NCBI RefSeq assembly: GCF_001194135.2
Contig: NC_068987.1
Span: 38,785,487-38,828,799, forward strand
Origin: Octopus bimaculoides
Lineage: Eukaryota
DNA: 43,313 bases
Direction: 5' to 3'
The notes under the pieces were generated by a model. That model searched no databases, was not told the origin of the DNA, and saw only the letters and a list, made by a program, of their open reading frames with translations. The position numbers were made by a program, and so were the translations under genes. Of this stretch, positions 1 to 13,100 are shown in pieces (position 1 is the stretch's first letter; every line of letters begins with the position of its first letter).

Positions 1-29
1 TATATATATATATATATATATGTAACTGT

Positions 30-346
30 TAATAAGGAAGCGTATGGAGACTTGTACATCACCAAAATATATTTTATAGTTATATACTTACACCTTCTTC
101 TGCTGCAGCGACTACTCGCTGTTGCAGATACAACCTTGCATTATTGTCGGTGCAGCTTCATCAAGATCCATCCATCTGTTTATCCTCCAAGATGAACGCT
201 GATGAAGCCACACCAACAATAACGCAAGGTTGCATTTGCGACTGTGAGTAGTCGCTGCAGCGGAAACACGTGTAGATCATGATAATATGCTGTATATAAC
301 TATAAAATAAATTTTATGGATGTACGAGTCTCCATATTCTTTATTA
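30..346. mobile_element. Foldback/MITE-like palindromic element
   Basis: Left arm taataaggaagcgtatggagacttgtacatcc pairs with right arm ggatgtacgagtctccatattctttatta. Internal arms (ctgcagcgactactc / gagtagtcgctgcag; caaccttgc / gcaaggttg) also pair along most of the length. Confidence 0.75.
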
Positions 347-1219
347 TTGATAATAATATATATCCCAGACAATTTCTACCGTCCAGGGAATTACGTATGG
401 AACACAGCAAAATACAACTTCCTTTTTTTGACATGCTAATTAAAATAGTATGTTGCTACTGATATTGCTGAGCATTATTTTGAAACCGAGCGGAACCAAT
501 GAGGAAAAATGCGGGTGGCCTAACTGTGGTACATGCCCCCACAAAGAGGCAACATTCATTAATAAATATCAACCACAGTTTAACATAAATACACAGCTTA
601 ATACAGGATACTACTAACCTTACTAATGCCAATAATCCCGCTAATCCTCATACATCTTATATACCATTCATACTCTATTAACCATATTAAACTAATTGCT
701 TCACTTTCAGAACTGCTTACCTCCCTTGCATGCAATCTTTTCACTCAGGTACTATTAGACCAAATACCGTTTGAAAAAATCGGTGTTGATTTAAAGTCAG
801 TGAACAGCGATGACGAAACCGGTATGACTTTCTTGACTTTCTATATTGACTCATGATAATGATTTTTATACTTCTTAATTCCACCTCAAATAATTTATTT
901 GTATGTAATCTTTGTTATTATTTTAAAAAATTCATTACTTTTATACTTAGAGTGCAATTTCTTTGTTTCTTTTTTACTTTCCCCCTACTTATACCACGTG
1001 TATAGTCTTTTTTTTAAAACCTGTTTCTAGTAAATATATANNNNNNNNNNNNNNNNNNNNNNNNNNNNNNNNNNNNNNNNNNNNNNNNNNNNNNNNNNNN
1101 NNNNNNNNNNNNNNNNNNNNNNNNNNNNNNNNNNNNNNNNNNNNNNNNNNNNNNNNNNNATATATATATATATTCATATATATATAGATATACATGTACA
1201 TATATATATATATACACAC

Positions 1220-1255
<36 letters not shown>

Positions 1256-1314
1256 ATAGGTATGTATATAACACACACATATATACGTGTTTATATATAT
1301 AATATACATACACA

Positions 1315-2800
1315 CTTGTGTGGAAGCAAGGATTAGAATCGAAGGGCCTTAGAGTCAACCTAGCTAAATCCAAAGTCCTAATAAATAGGAAGGCAGGTAG
1401 ACGGCCCTGCTCGATCTGTATATAAAATTCGTAGGTAGAAACTCTATAAGATGTACCCAGTGTAAGCTATGGACACATAAGAGGTGCAGCAATATCAAAG
1501 GAAGGCTAACTGGGAAGATAGATTTGCACGTGGCAGATGCTCAGGAACAATAAACACTGATAATGTGCAGAGAACAACTTCTGCCACATTCCAGGGAGAA
1601 AAACTAGAAGTAGTTGATAGATTCCATTACCTAGGTGACCAAGTCAGTAGCGGGGGGGGGTGCTCTGAAAGTGTAGCTGCTAGAATTTAGAATAGCCTGG
1701 GCAAAGTTCAGAGAGCTCCTACCTCTGCTGGAGACAAAGAGCCTCTCGCTCAGAGTAAAAGGCAGACTGTATGACGCATGTGTAAGAACAGCCATGCTGC
1801 ATGGCAGTGAAACATGGGCTGTGACGGCTGAGGACATACCTAAGCTTGTAAGGAATGAAGCCAGTATGCTCCGCTGGATGTGTAATGTCAGTGTGCGTAC
1901 TCGATAGAGTGTAAGTTCCTTGAGAGAAAAGTTGAACCTAAGAAGCATCAGATGTGGTGTGCAAGAGAGACGATTGCGTTGGTATGGTCATGTGGTGAGA
2001 ATGGATGAGGATAACTGTATGAAAAAGTGTTACGCCCTAGCGGTTGAGGGAACCTGTGGAAGGGGTAGATCCAGGAAGACTTGGGATGGAGTGGTGAAGC
2101 ACGACCTTCGAACGTTAGGCCTCACCGAGGCAATGACTAGTGACCGAGACCTTTGGAAATATGCTGTGCTTGAGTAGACCCGGCAAGTGAGACCATAACC
2201 CGTGTCCCATGCCAGTGGTTTGACCAGCCCACTTATGCGTACCTTTCCTTCATTGCACACTAAACTCTGCTTGTTAAGACCTGTTGAGGCAAGTGAAATC
2301 GAAATCAAATTCGATAACACCGCATGCCTGGCATCCGTGCTAGTGGAGCGCTAAGAACACCATCCGAGCGCGATCGTTGTCAGGGCTGCTGACTGGCGTC
2401 CGTGTCGGTGGCACGTAAAAAGCACCATTCGAGCGTGATCGTTACCAGCGTCGCCTTAATGGCACTTGTGCCGGTGGCATGCGAAAAGCAACATTTGAGC
2501 GAGGTCGTTGCCAGTGCCGCTGGACTGGCTCCTGTGCAGGTGGCACGTAAAAAACACCATTTGGGCGTGGTCGTTATCAGTACTGCCTGATTAGCCCTCG
2601 TGCCGGTGACACGTAAAAGCACCCACTACACTCTCGGAGTGGTTGGCGTTAGAAAGGGCATCCAGCTGTAGAAACTCTGCCAGATCAGATTGGAGCCTGG
2701 TGCAGCCTCCTGGCTCAACGGTCCTCAGTCAAACCATCCAACCTATGCCATCATGGAAAGAGGACGTTAAACGATGTTGATGATGATGACGATGATCTGA
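1315..2800 (+). mobile_element. 5'-truncated, frameshifted RTE-clade LINE (RT C-terminus plus 3' UTR with internal tandem repeats and a (GAT)n tail)
   Basis: Peptides EKLEVVDRFHYLGDQVSSGGGCSESVAARI and RRLRWYGHVVRM..GTCGRGRSRKTW are typical of the RTE RT C-terminus; ends in a gatgatgat microsatellite. Confidence 0.85.
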
Positions 2801-3153
2801 TGAAAGCGTGTTTTTGTTATGATGTAATATTTTCATTCATCTATAAGACATTTCTAAAACTTCCTTGGAATATCGTTCAGAAAAGACATCAATAATGACC
2901 ACGTTAGTCGTAAATTCCAGAAATAATTTCACTCTTCAAACTTTTGTGAACCGTTGTATGAATAATGAGAGCACTGAAAATAGTATGATAAACTATGATT
3001 AAAAAAATTCTTTGTAACAATCACAAGCGTGATGAAATTTACTTTTGAGAAATCTTATATATAGTTAGACACATTGTTAAAATATCATGCGGAAAAAATA
3101 TCCATATTATATCATGCGATGAACTGAAAAAAATCTGCACTTTGACTGCTTAC

Positions 3154-3327
3154 CTCCTCGACTACCACCAAGGTTTTTCAGTGCAACTCTGGCTTTGCGG
3201 ATGTCAGCATCAAGCTCTGGATAGCCAGCGGCTTCACATTCCATTATTGCTTTATTCAATGTATCGACATCTTTCTTCCTAATCGCCATATTCAGCTGAT
3301 CATGTAGTTCGTTCGGAGACTTAACAT
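3154..3327 (-). CDS. Repeat exon E30 (type A), 174 nt; only exon with a consensus GTAAG donor
   Basis: AAAG|AT..GGAG|GTAAG; [57 protein letters not shown]. Confidence 0.92.
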
Positions 3328-3370
3328 CTTTAAATTTGAAATTATATATATTCATGTACATACAAAGAAA

Positions 3371-3408
<38 letters not shown>

Positions 3409-6400
3409 GTATTATACATATATATAAGTTAATCAGAGATAAAAGCAGGTATATTTTTTATAGTCCATCAGGATTAAAATGAGAGATAGGAAAAGACGGA
3501 AAAATTGGAAAGATTTACATCTGTGTTTGAACGACTGGTTGCAGTTGATAGCGAATACAAAACATTATAAGTGTACAAACGTAGACAGAATGTTGCAAGG
3601 GAGAGAAAATAGGTAATAGGCGGGAAGGGAAAGAGAAAAGACAAGAGGATGAGAAGCTGATTAGGGTGAGGTGGTTAGAAAAAATATGGTGAGGTGGACA
3701 CTGAAGAATAAAAATGGAATTCCTGAATTAAGTGGAAGTGATCGAGTAGAAAGGAAAACATTCATATAAACCGTTGGTGGCATGATTAGAAATTTGATTA
3801 TGAAAAGTTACTCCTTGATTTCTTGAGTGTGGAGACCAATGATGTTCAAAGAAGCCATAGACTAAGAGGTATTATGGAATGACCTATTGTATTGAAGTAG
3901 TTAGCTACAAGGTTCTCTGCCTTTAACCTTATTGCAACTACTCACCGGACCTCCAGCGTCTGCTGTCTTTTATCTCTCAACTGTTAACTTGAACCTGTAA
4001 AATGATTCTCTCTCCACTACCTCTACAGTTTTACTTTCCACTTATGTTACGTTATATACATACAACGGAGTGATACCATTCGAAAGCAAAAACGATGTAA
4101 AGTGCGTTGTGACCAGCGACGTATAACAGCATCCAATAGCCTGGTCGATCACGTGATCACATTACACTCACACACACACAATTATATATCATCATCATCA
4201 TCATCATGTATCGTGCGCCTGCAGCGCATTGATGACACGACAAGTTCTCTAGCTGCCTTGCCACTCTTGTCCAACAACTACTGTTCTTTACTTGCCTCTT
4301 GATCTATTACCCTCTACTCTTCCTTCCATGATAATGCTTTCCAGACCTCTGCTTCTTCAAATATGGCCATAATAGATGAGCCTCTGGTTTTTCCACAATG
4401 TTCAGGAGTTGTCTTTTCCCTACTTCATTTATCTAATGATCCTTGTAAGAGACTTGTAACATTCTCCTACACACCCACAAACGCATTGATTATATTTTCT
4501 TCAGATTTATTCAGAGTCCATGCTTCCCAACATAAATGCCAGTTGGTGGAAAAACTAAACTCAGATTATCAAAGGGTGGATTAGAGTTCATGTGCACAAG
4601 ATCAAAATACAAAGTTCTAATGTTTTACACCACACATTATGGTATGTGCGTATGTGTGAATGCGCGTACAATGTTGATATTTGTATACTGTATTATAGTT
4701 TACGCTGGTTAATGTGTACATGTGCGTGTGTGTTTGTGGGCATGCGTGTGCATGTGTACATAAGCGTGTTTGTGGGTGCGTTTGGAGTAAATAATAGGAA
4801 GACACAAAAATTTATAGTGGTAAAAAAGTTATAAGAAATGTCAACAATATTCATTCCGTTTTGTTTCCTATTACTGTCTTAACATATGATGCTATAAAAC
4901 AATTTGAAGTATATCATTTCAATTTTGTATTCACGTAGGAAAGTTATTTGCAGACATGCGAAACATGCGATTGGGAATTTGCAAACCGACAGATGTCTAA
5001 GGAAATTTATTCATGCACTTAGGTTGAGAAATAGTCATTCTAACCTCCAGTACCACCTCCAAGGATGTTTGACAATCTTCTGGCTTTTTGTAAATCATTT
5101 TCTAGCTCTGGCAAACCTGCTGCAGTACATTCATTAATAATTCGATCTAGATTTCGTTTATCTTTTTCATTCATGGCATCTTTTAATTTTCGTTTTATTA
5201 TGTCTGGAGACAGTGATCCTAAGAATAGAAAGTACATACAAAACTGAAGAAAATAGCTCTAAATAGTCTATTGATTCAGATTGGATAAACAGAAGTGACA
5301 TCACGATTGGATGAAGTGCATGAAAAATCTACATTATCAACATCTTAACTTCTCTTTTTAGGATAACAAATATTAAAAGCAAATTGTTTTTATCGACAAA
5401 TTTGATTTCACAATCCATGCATATGTTATATCAAATATATTTTTATCAACAACACATGCACATATCTTTTCAATGTAGAATATAAAAGAATTTCGTGAAA
5501 ATTACTTTCGCTATGTTGCCGAAAAAATGAGACAGAAATATATCTAACCTCCTCGACCACCTCCAATCTGTTGCAATGTATTTCTAGCTCTGCAAAGGTC
5601 TGGCCCAAGTTCAGGGTATCCGGTAGTCTCGCAAACATCAATAATATTTTCCAAAGCTCGCTTATCTTTTTGTCTTGTCGCTTTCTTGAGTTCTTCACGT
5701 AATGCGTCAGGAGTGGGAAGACTTGGTCCTAACAACCATAATAAATGTCTGTTTAGATATTTGTTTACATTTGCATAATCATTTCACACATATAAAGACT
5801 TATATGTACGAACGTGTGTGTACATATATACATGCATATAAACACGCGCACGCACGCACGCACACACACACACATACACACACATACACGCGCGCGCGCG
5901 CAAATATTATACAAATAGATTACACTAATGACAGCTTGTGGCAGTAATATTCCATAGCGATACTTTAGAAAGCGAATCAATTCTTTCGGAACTGAAAGTC
6001 ATAGATGTAATGAGATTAACGTAAAGTGGTGCCCAAGCCAATATCATTAGCCAAAGCATCTTTTTCTATTAAATTTAACTGAATCAACTTTCTTTAGTTT
6101 TTAAGTGAATCTCTAATTCAGACAAATCCATTTGATATATTCTTGAATTTATGTCTTTATTTTTAATTGAGCAGGAAATTTCATAACAATTTTCGTATTT
6201 AATCCGTAACTACTTAATTGACAAGGATATTGATAAGTAATTTTTGCAATCACAGTTTTAAACATCAAATAAATTATTATTGCACTGTGCGCTTTCAGTT
6301 TTACTCCAGTGGTTAGACATATAAATCAGACATCTAAATGTGAAATAAAAATTTTGTATCTTCACCAACATTATAGATCAGCAATAATTTGTTGATCAGA

Positions 6401-7078
6401 TTTTCACATCGAGAATTAACGAAATTTAGATGAGGCAAAGCAACAGGGATGAAATAAGGAGATTGATTAGAGAACTGTTTGATAGAACAAATAATATCAT
6501 AACTTTCGCTAATTTCTATAACAAAATATACATAGAGAATATCGTGCTATTTAAATGAATATATTTTCTTTCCACATCCAGTTTCACGCAAAATCAATAG
6601 ATTTCTACGATTTATATTTATGCATGCATGTTTTTGTGTGTTTTCTTGTGTATAAATGTGGGTAGTTCTTTTACTTAAAGTAGAACTGAATCCAATATAC
6701 GTTGCAGACTATTCAATAGAAGTGTTGTTACTTTAATGGTTTTTTACTCTGAAGTAATGCTCTTGAGGAGTTAAAATATTTGGTCCAACGTCTATTTCCA
6801 ATTCAACAACATCTACAATACTGTCCCAGAACTACAATAATGGATGTATTTCTTTGAACTTTCGATTATTACACTTATCCACGGCAGCCATAAACTAAAA
6901 TACACATATCAAAACTCTGGAGATACCAACAACACTGGAAACTAGCAAGTGACTACGTTTTTACTTATTGGCATTTGAAAAGTGAAAGAACTGAACCTTT
7001 CGTTGCTAGTGCAGGATTGAAAGATTTGGTCATCATAAGCAATTTCATGAACTCATATATATGTGTGTGTGTGTGTGT

Positions 7079-7170
<92 letters not shown>

Positions 7171-10100
7171 TGTGTGTGTGTGTGTGTGGTAAAAGCCCTA
7201 ACTGTAAAGTTTTATAACGTTCACGGGAGATTATATGGATATATGGAGATGATGATTTCCTTCTACTAAAAATCTCAATCTAGAATTTACTGATTGCTTA
7301 GAAAACATTAGATCCCTTTCAGAAATTTATGTCTTCTTATAACTGCTTAGCGGCATTTAAAAAAAAGTTTCTCAGATGTTACTTTATAATTTACATGAAG
7401 CTAAATACATTCCGTTTCAAATATTTATCGAATAACTATGTTAGATGAATAAATGCGAGGAATATCACAAACAACTTTGCTCAAAATATTTCTTTAAGAT
7501 TCTTTCCAACGAAAAAAACTACGTATTACAATGAAACTCTACAGAAAAGAGGGTTTTATGATCAGATTTAAAACTACGCGATTCCTCACTCATCAAATAA
7601 TGGCATAGACATAGAAAAAGAAATTCCAACTAATCTAATCTAGTACTAATCACTTCTGTAACTAAAATTTTCATCAAAAGTATAAACTGTTAAAGTGAAC
7701 CCAACTGCAATGTAATTTGATCTCGGCCTCTTAAGAGCTTGGCTTTATATCTCACCCGAATATACCATTTTTAATGATTTTATTTGTGAAGTTCTTACTC
7801 TTTCTGTCTTCAGTTTTCATCATCGTCATCATTATTATTATTAATATTATTATTAAGGCGGCGAGCTGACAGAAACGTTAACACGCCGGGTGAAATGCTT
7901 AGCAGTATTTCGTCTGTCTACGTTCTGAGTTCAAATTCCGCCAAGGTCGACTTTGCCTTTCATCCTTTTAAGGTCGATAAAATAAGCACCAGTTGAACAC
8001 TGGAGTTCATATAATTGACTATCCCTTGCTCCCGGAATTGCTGGCCTTGTCCCAAAATTTGAAACCATTGGATTGCCGCTTTGAAGGTTTCTAGTCGAAC
8101 GAATCAATCCCAGTAGTAATTTTTTGAAACGCATATTGTGCCAGAATCTTTTACCGAGCTGCTAAGTGACGGGGTCGCAAACAAGTTAACAGCGATGGTC
8201 AAGTGGTAGTGGGACAAACCCAAGCACAAAGACGCATGCGCGCACACACGCACACACACTCACACACACACACACGCAGGTTTTTTCCAGTTTCCATCAA
8301 CCAAATCCAGTCGAGACTTTGGTCCGTCCGGGGTGATAGCAGATGAGACATGGCCAAAGTGCCACGCAGTGGGATTAAACCTGGAACCATGTTATAGTCA
8401 AGAAACAAACCACGCATGCGCCTATATTGTTAATATTATTATCATTAATACTACTATTAATAGTAGTATTATGTTTATTCATACAATCGTTAATGGTGTT
8501 GTGATGAATATGTATCTGCATTATTATCATTACAGTGAAACCGCCCTCCGAGCAGTTTTTGTTAATCAATGAAGGATATTAACGAATTTGATCCCCAATT
8601 TATGTTATTTTTCTGTTATATCAAATTTTCCTATATATCATTTTTTCATCTAATAGCACCGCTCGTTTAATACTAAGCACTCAAAAACAGCGTTAAAATT
8701 TATGAAGAAATCAGGTACTATGTTGACTTAACCACGTCAAGTTCCTCAGTTTATCATCTTCAACAATAGCCAACAAATATGCAAGAATACTGGAATGAGC
8801 GTAATTTGATTTATGCTGGATTAATCTTATAACGTAGAAGCTATCTCGCAGTGTAAGATGACTGTGTTGCAGTGAATAGAAATTAGTTTGTGACTGAATC
8901 ATGAAATATAAGATGATTGAAAACCACATTTTGATAATGTATATATTCCGCTTTTGCGGGTGCCTTGCAAATATTCTGTTTTTAAATGTGCTTATGCATA
9001 TCATGCTTAGACACGGCGCCTACGTAATATCAATTGTCACTTTGTGCTATGACATTGCATTTATATATTACATTACCTAAGATACACTGACTTTCAATGT
9101 GTGGATATTCGACACTTACTGACGGGCTTATTCGCTAAGTGTTCTCAAGGTTCCTGTAAACTTGTATTCTTTGTAGTGTCAATTTGTTATTTTCCTTCAA
9201 AATGTTTATATTTTTAATACCACTACAACGTTTCCTTCTAGTGTTGGAATTAAACATTATTTTTATGATTGCTTTTTTGTTGTTTTCTTTTGGTGTGTGT
9301 GTGGTGGGGGGTGCTAATGGAAATATGAAATCTTTCAACATAGAAAGATACCGTGTTAGTTTTCTTAATTTTGAGGTTTGTAGTAGCAATGTTTATTTTA
9401 CCGGTTTTCCTGTTTTTAGAATAGGTAGAATTTTGATATACTAAGTTATAACTAGTTCTTTTCGTATTTTTATCTCAATGTGGGGTATTTTATACATTAC
9501 TGGGATTTGTGTTTATACATAGGGTTCCTTTATTATATACAAGAGAGAGGGTTTAGCCTAAGTTTGTGTCCGATGATTTTTGAGCAAAATATTTAAATAG
9601 CAAAAATGTCACCGAATTTCAAAATTTCAACATTAAGTTCTTCAGCTCTTTCCAAAGTTAAAATACAAATATCACCTTCCGTATCATCATTACATAATTG
9701 ATATATGAAATATGCATAATTTAATGAGATAAATAAACCGCTCATTCAGGAAATAGAAATAAAATCATTTCCTCGTGAAATTGCTACCTCAACCCATTCA
9801 AAGTAATTAATTATATATTTTATATATTAATTATGTATTGATTACGGCCATATCACGTTGAGAGCACCGGTTCTCGTCCGATCACCGAAGTTAAGCAACG
9901 TCGATCCAAGTGAATACTTAGATGGGTGACCGCTTGGGAAACCTAGGTGCTGTTAGCGTCACACATATTTACTATAGGCGCAGGAGTAGCTGTGGGGTAA
10001 GTAGCTTGCTTACCAACCACATGGTTCCAGGTTCAGTCCCACTGCGTGGAATCTTGGGCAAGTGTCTTCTTCTATAGCCTCGGGCCGACCAAAGCATTGT

Positions 10101-13100
10101 GAGTGGATTTGGTAGACGGGAACTGAAAGAAGCCCGTCATATATATGTATATATATATGTGTGTGTGTATGTTTGTGTGTCTGTGTTTGTCCCGCTAGCA
10201 TTGCTTGACAACCGATGCTGGTGTGTTTATGTCCCTGTAACTTAGCAGTTCGGCAAAAGACACCGATAGAATAAGTACTAAGCTTACAAACAATAAGTCC
10301 CGGGGTTGATTTGCTCGACTAAAGGCGGTGCTCCTGCATGGCCGCAGTCAAATGACTGAAACAAGTAACAGAGTAAAGAGAGTATTACATGAGTGATAAT
10401 GTTTGTATTCTAACTCTACAAACACCTGTAAAACATATATGTATATGCCAGTTACAGATATTCGTACTTGCGTGGATATATACAAAAATACACCTCTAGA
10501 TATAAACTTCCATGCCTACACTTTCACATCTATACATGTAAGTGTGTATGTCCGCTTATCAATAGTCAAAGTTAATGCATATTTTATGATATACTATGCA
10601 CAATGTGTATATATATAAGTATGTATATATACATATATGTGTATATACACATACAACCACAAACATAAATACATGCACACATACATAAATGCACGCATAC
10701 ACATGCAAACATACATGTACACATTCATATACATATAAATATTACATATAATGTATTTATTCCCATACACACGGGTAAGACCGGGCGACGAGTTGTGTTC
10801 TTGAGCAAAAGACTTCATTTCCAGTCCACTCAACTGGCAAAAAGGAATTATCCTGCGACGGACCGGCGTCCCCTACACCGGAAATATATGCACCAGGGAA
10901 ACCGGTCATATCTAATATCGGCAAGGACTTTTATCTTTTCGCATTCTTTTTTTTTTTTTTTTACACACGGCTACTTCTACGTCCTTAATACACATCCTGT
11001 ATAAGAATATTGATTAGTAATAAGAAAACACAAAACCAAAACAAATTTTGATTTGAATATGACATTATCTGTTATATGAACTTCAATAAAATTGTAATTC
11101 TAACAAAACCCAAAGAAGAAGTGTCTTTATGAAACCAGGAAACCTACCGCCANNNNNNNNNNNNNNNNNNNNNNNNNNNNNNNNNNNNNNNNNNNNNNNN
11201 NNNNNNNNNNNNNNNNNNNNNNNNNNNNNNNNNNNNNNNNNNNNNNNNNNNNNNNNNNNNNNNNNNNNNNNNNNNNNNNNNNNNNNNNNNNNNNNNNNNN
11301 NNNNNNNNNNNNNNNNNNNNNNNNNNNNNNNNNNNNNNNNNNNNNNNNNNNNNNNNNNNNNNNNNNNNNNNNNNNNNNNNNNNNNNNNNNNNNNNNNNNN
11401 NNNNNNNNNNNNNNNNNNNNNNNNNNNNNNNNNNNNNNNNNNNNNNNNNNNNNNNNNNNNNNNNNNNNNNNNNNNNNNNNNNNNNNNNNNNNNNNNNNNN
11501 NNNNNNNNNNNNNNNNNNNNNNNNNNNNNNNNNNNNNNNNNNNNNNNNNNNNNNNNNNNNNNNNNNNNNNNNNNNNNNNNNNNNNNNNNNNNNNNNNNNN
11601 NNNNNNNNNNNNNNNNNNNNNNNNNNNNNNNNNNNNNNNNNNNNNNNNNNNNNNNNNNNNNNNNNNNNNNNNNNNNNNNNNNNNNNNNNNNNNNNNNNNN
11701 NNNNNNNNNNNNNNNNNNNNNNNNGAATAAAATATATTATACCTGCAAACCTTATACAAATTTTGAACACAAAACAAAAAACATTTTCAAAGATATGAAC
11801 GAAATATTGATTTTCAGACGATACAAAAATATGTACACCCTAACGGATTATTTGCTATATTCAATATTTTTCTAAACAAAGAGATGGCCACATCACTATC
11901 TTTGTGTACCTGGGAGGTATTATATCTAGGGAGCTTAATAAGGAGCTTAATAACTGAATAATATTGATTTCAAATTTTGACACAAGGCGGAGGAGTCTAG
12001 CCGATTACATCGACCCAAAGCGCTCAACTGGCACTTATTTTATCGACTCCGAAAAGACGAAGGGCAAATTCGACCTCGACGGAATTTATACTCAGAACGT
12101 AAAGACGGATGAAATGCCGCTAAGCATTTTGTCCGTCGTGCTAACGATTCTGCCAGCTCGCCGCCTGAATAGCTTAATAACTAGACCAAGCAAGTTCTTT
12201 TGCATACGGGTGCCTGTGGAACCATATCTTCTCAAACTCAAACTTCTATTTTTCACAGATTCAATTTTTACCACAGTATTTAGACTCTATTATGATATAA
12301 TGATACGAAATGTGGATGCCTCCACAGAAAGCCAATCGAAATATTGGATTCATTTCACTGACTGAAATCACTTGGAACGGCAAATCTGCTGTCTTCTCTG
12401 ACCCGAGAAAGTAATCATTTTACATACATGTATGTATGTATGTATGTATGTATGTATGTATGTATGTATGTATGTACGTATGTACGTATGTATGTATGTA
12501 TGTGCAGTTTTGTATGTTTTATGCATGTATTCTCATGGATATATTTACATATCTAGACATGCTCATTTATATTTAAATGATAAACTTCTGGAAAGTTTTA
12601 CAGATTTTTACAACAATAAAACTATCAGGAGTGAGAGACCCCTAGCTGTTATCGCAGCATCTTTCTAGGAAAAGGACACTGTGATGTAAAATCTGCGTTT
12701 TCACGTGATAACATGTCATATTGGTTCGGCCGGTCACTAAATACTAATCACAGAGACTCAGAGAGTGGTACTCGAGTTATAAAAGCGTTTATCACTATAA
12801 TCCAGTGACGTACAGGTGTCGCTTTATGGTGACCTCATTTATTATTCCATCTAACGAATGCCCTATAGCAATCAAGGAGTGCTCATATTTGCAGACCTAA
12901 CCAGTTAGAAACGCACAGTAAGTCACAACTTTCTTCTGTCACATACGTTTCAAACTGTGCAGGTCTGCAAAATCATTTGAGAGGTCACAGGCGGAAAGCC
13001 AGAAATGCCCTTGAAAACGATGAAGCACAAAGAGACAGCAATCATCTGTCTGTCTGTATGTATGTATGTATGTATGTATGGATGGATGGATGGATGGATG

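Noticed and set aside
9120-9560. Minus-strand K/N-rich stretch that might be a Penelope RT remnant
   Set aside because: Too degenerate to confirm a diagnostic motif by eye.
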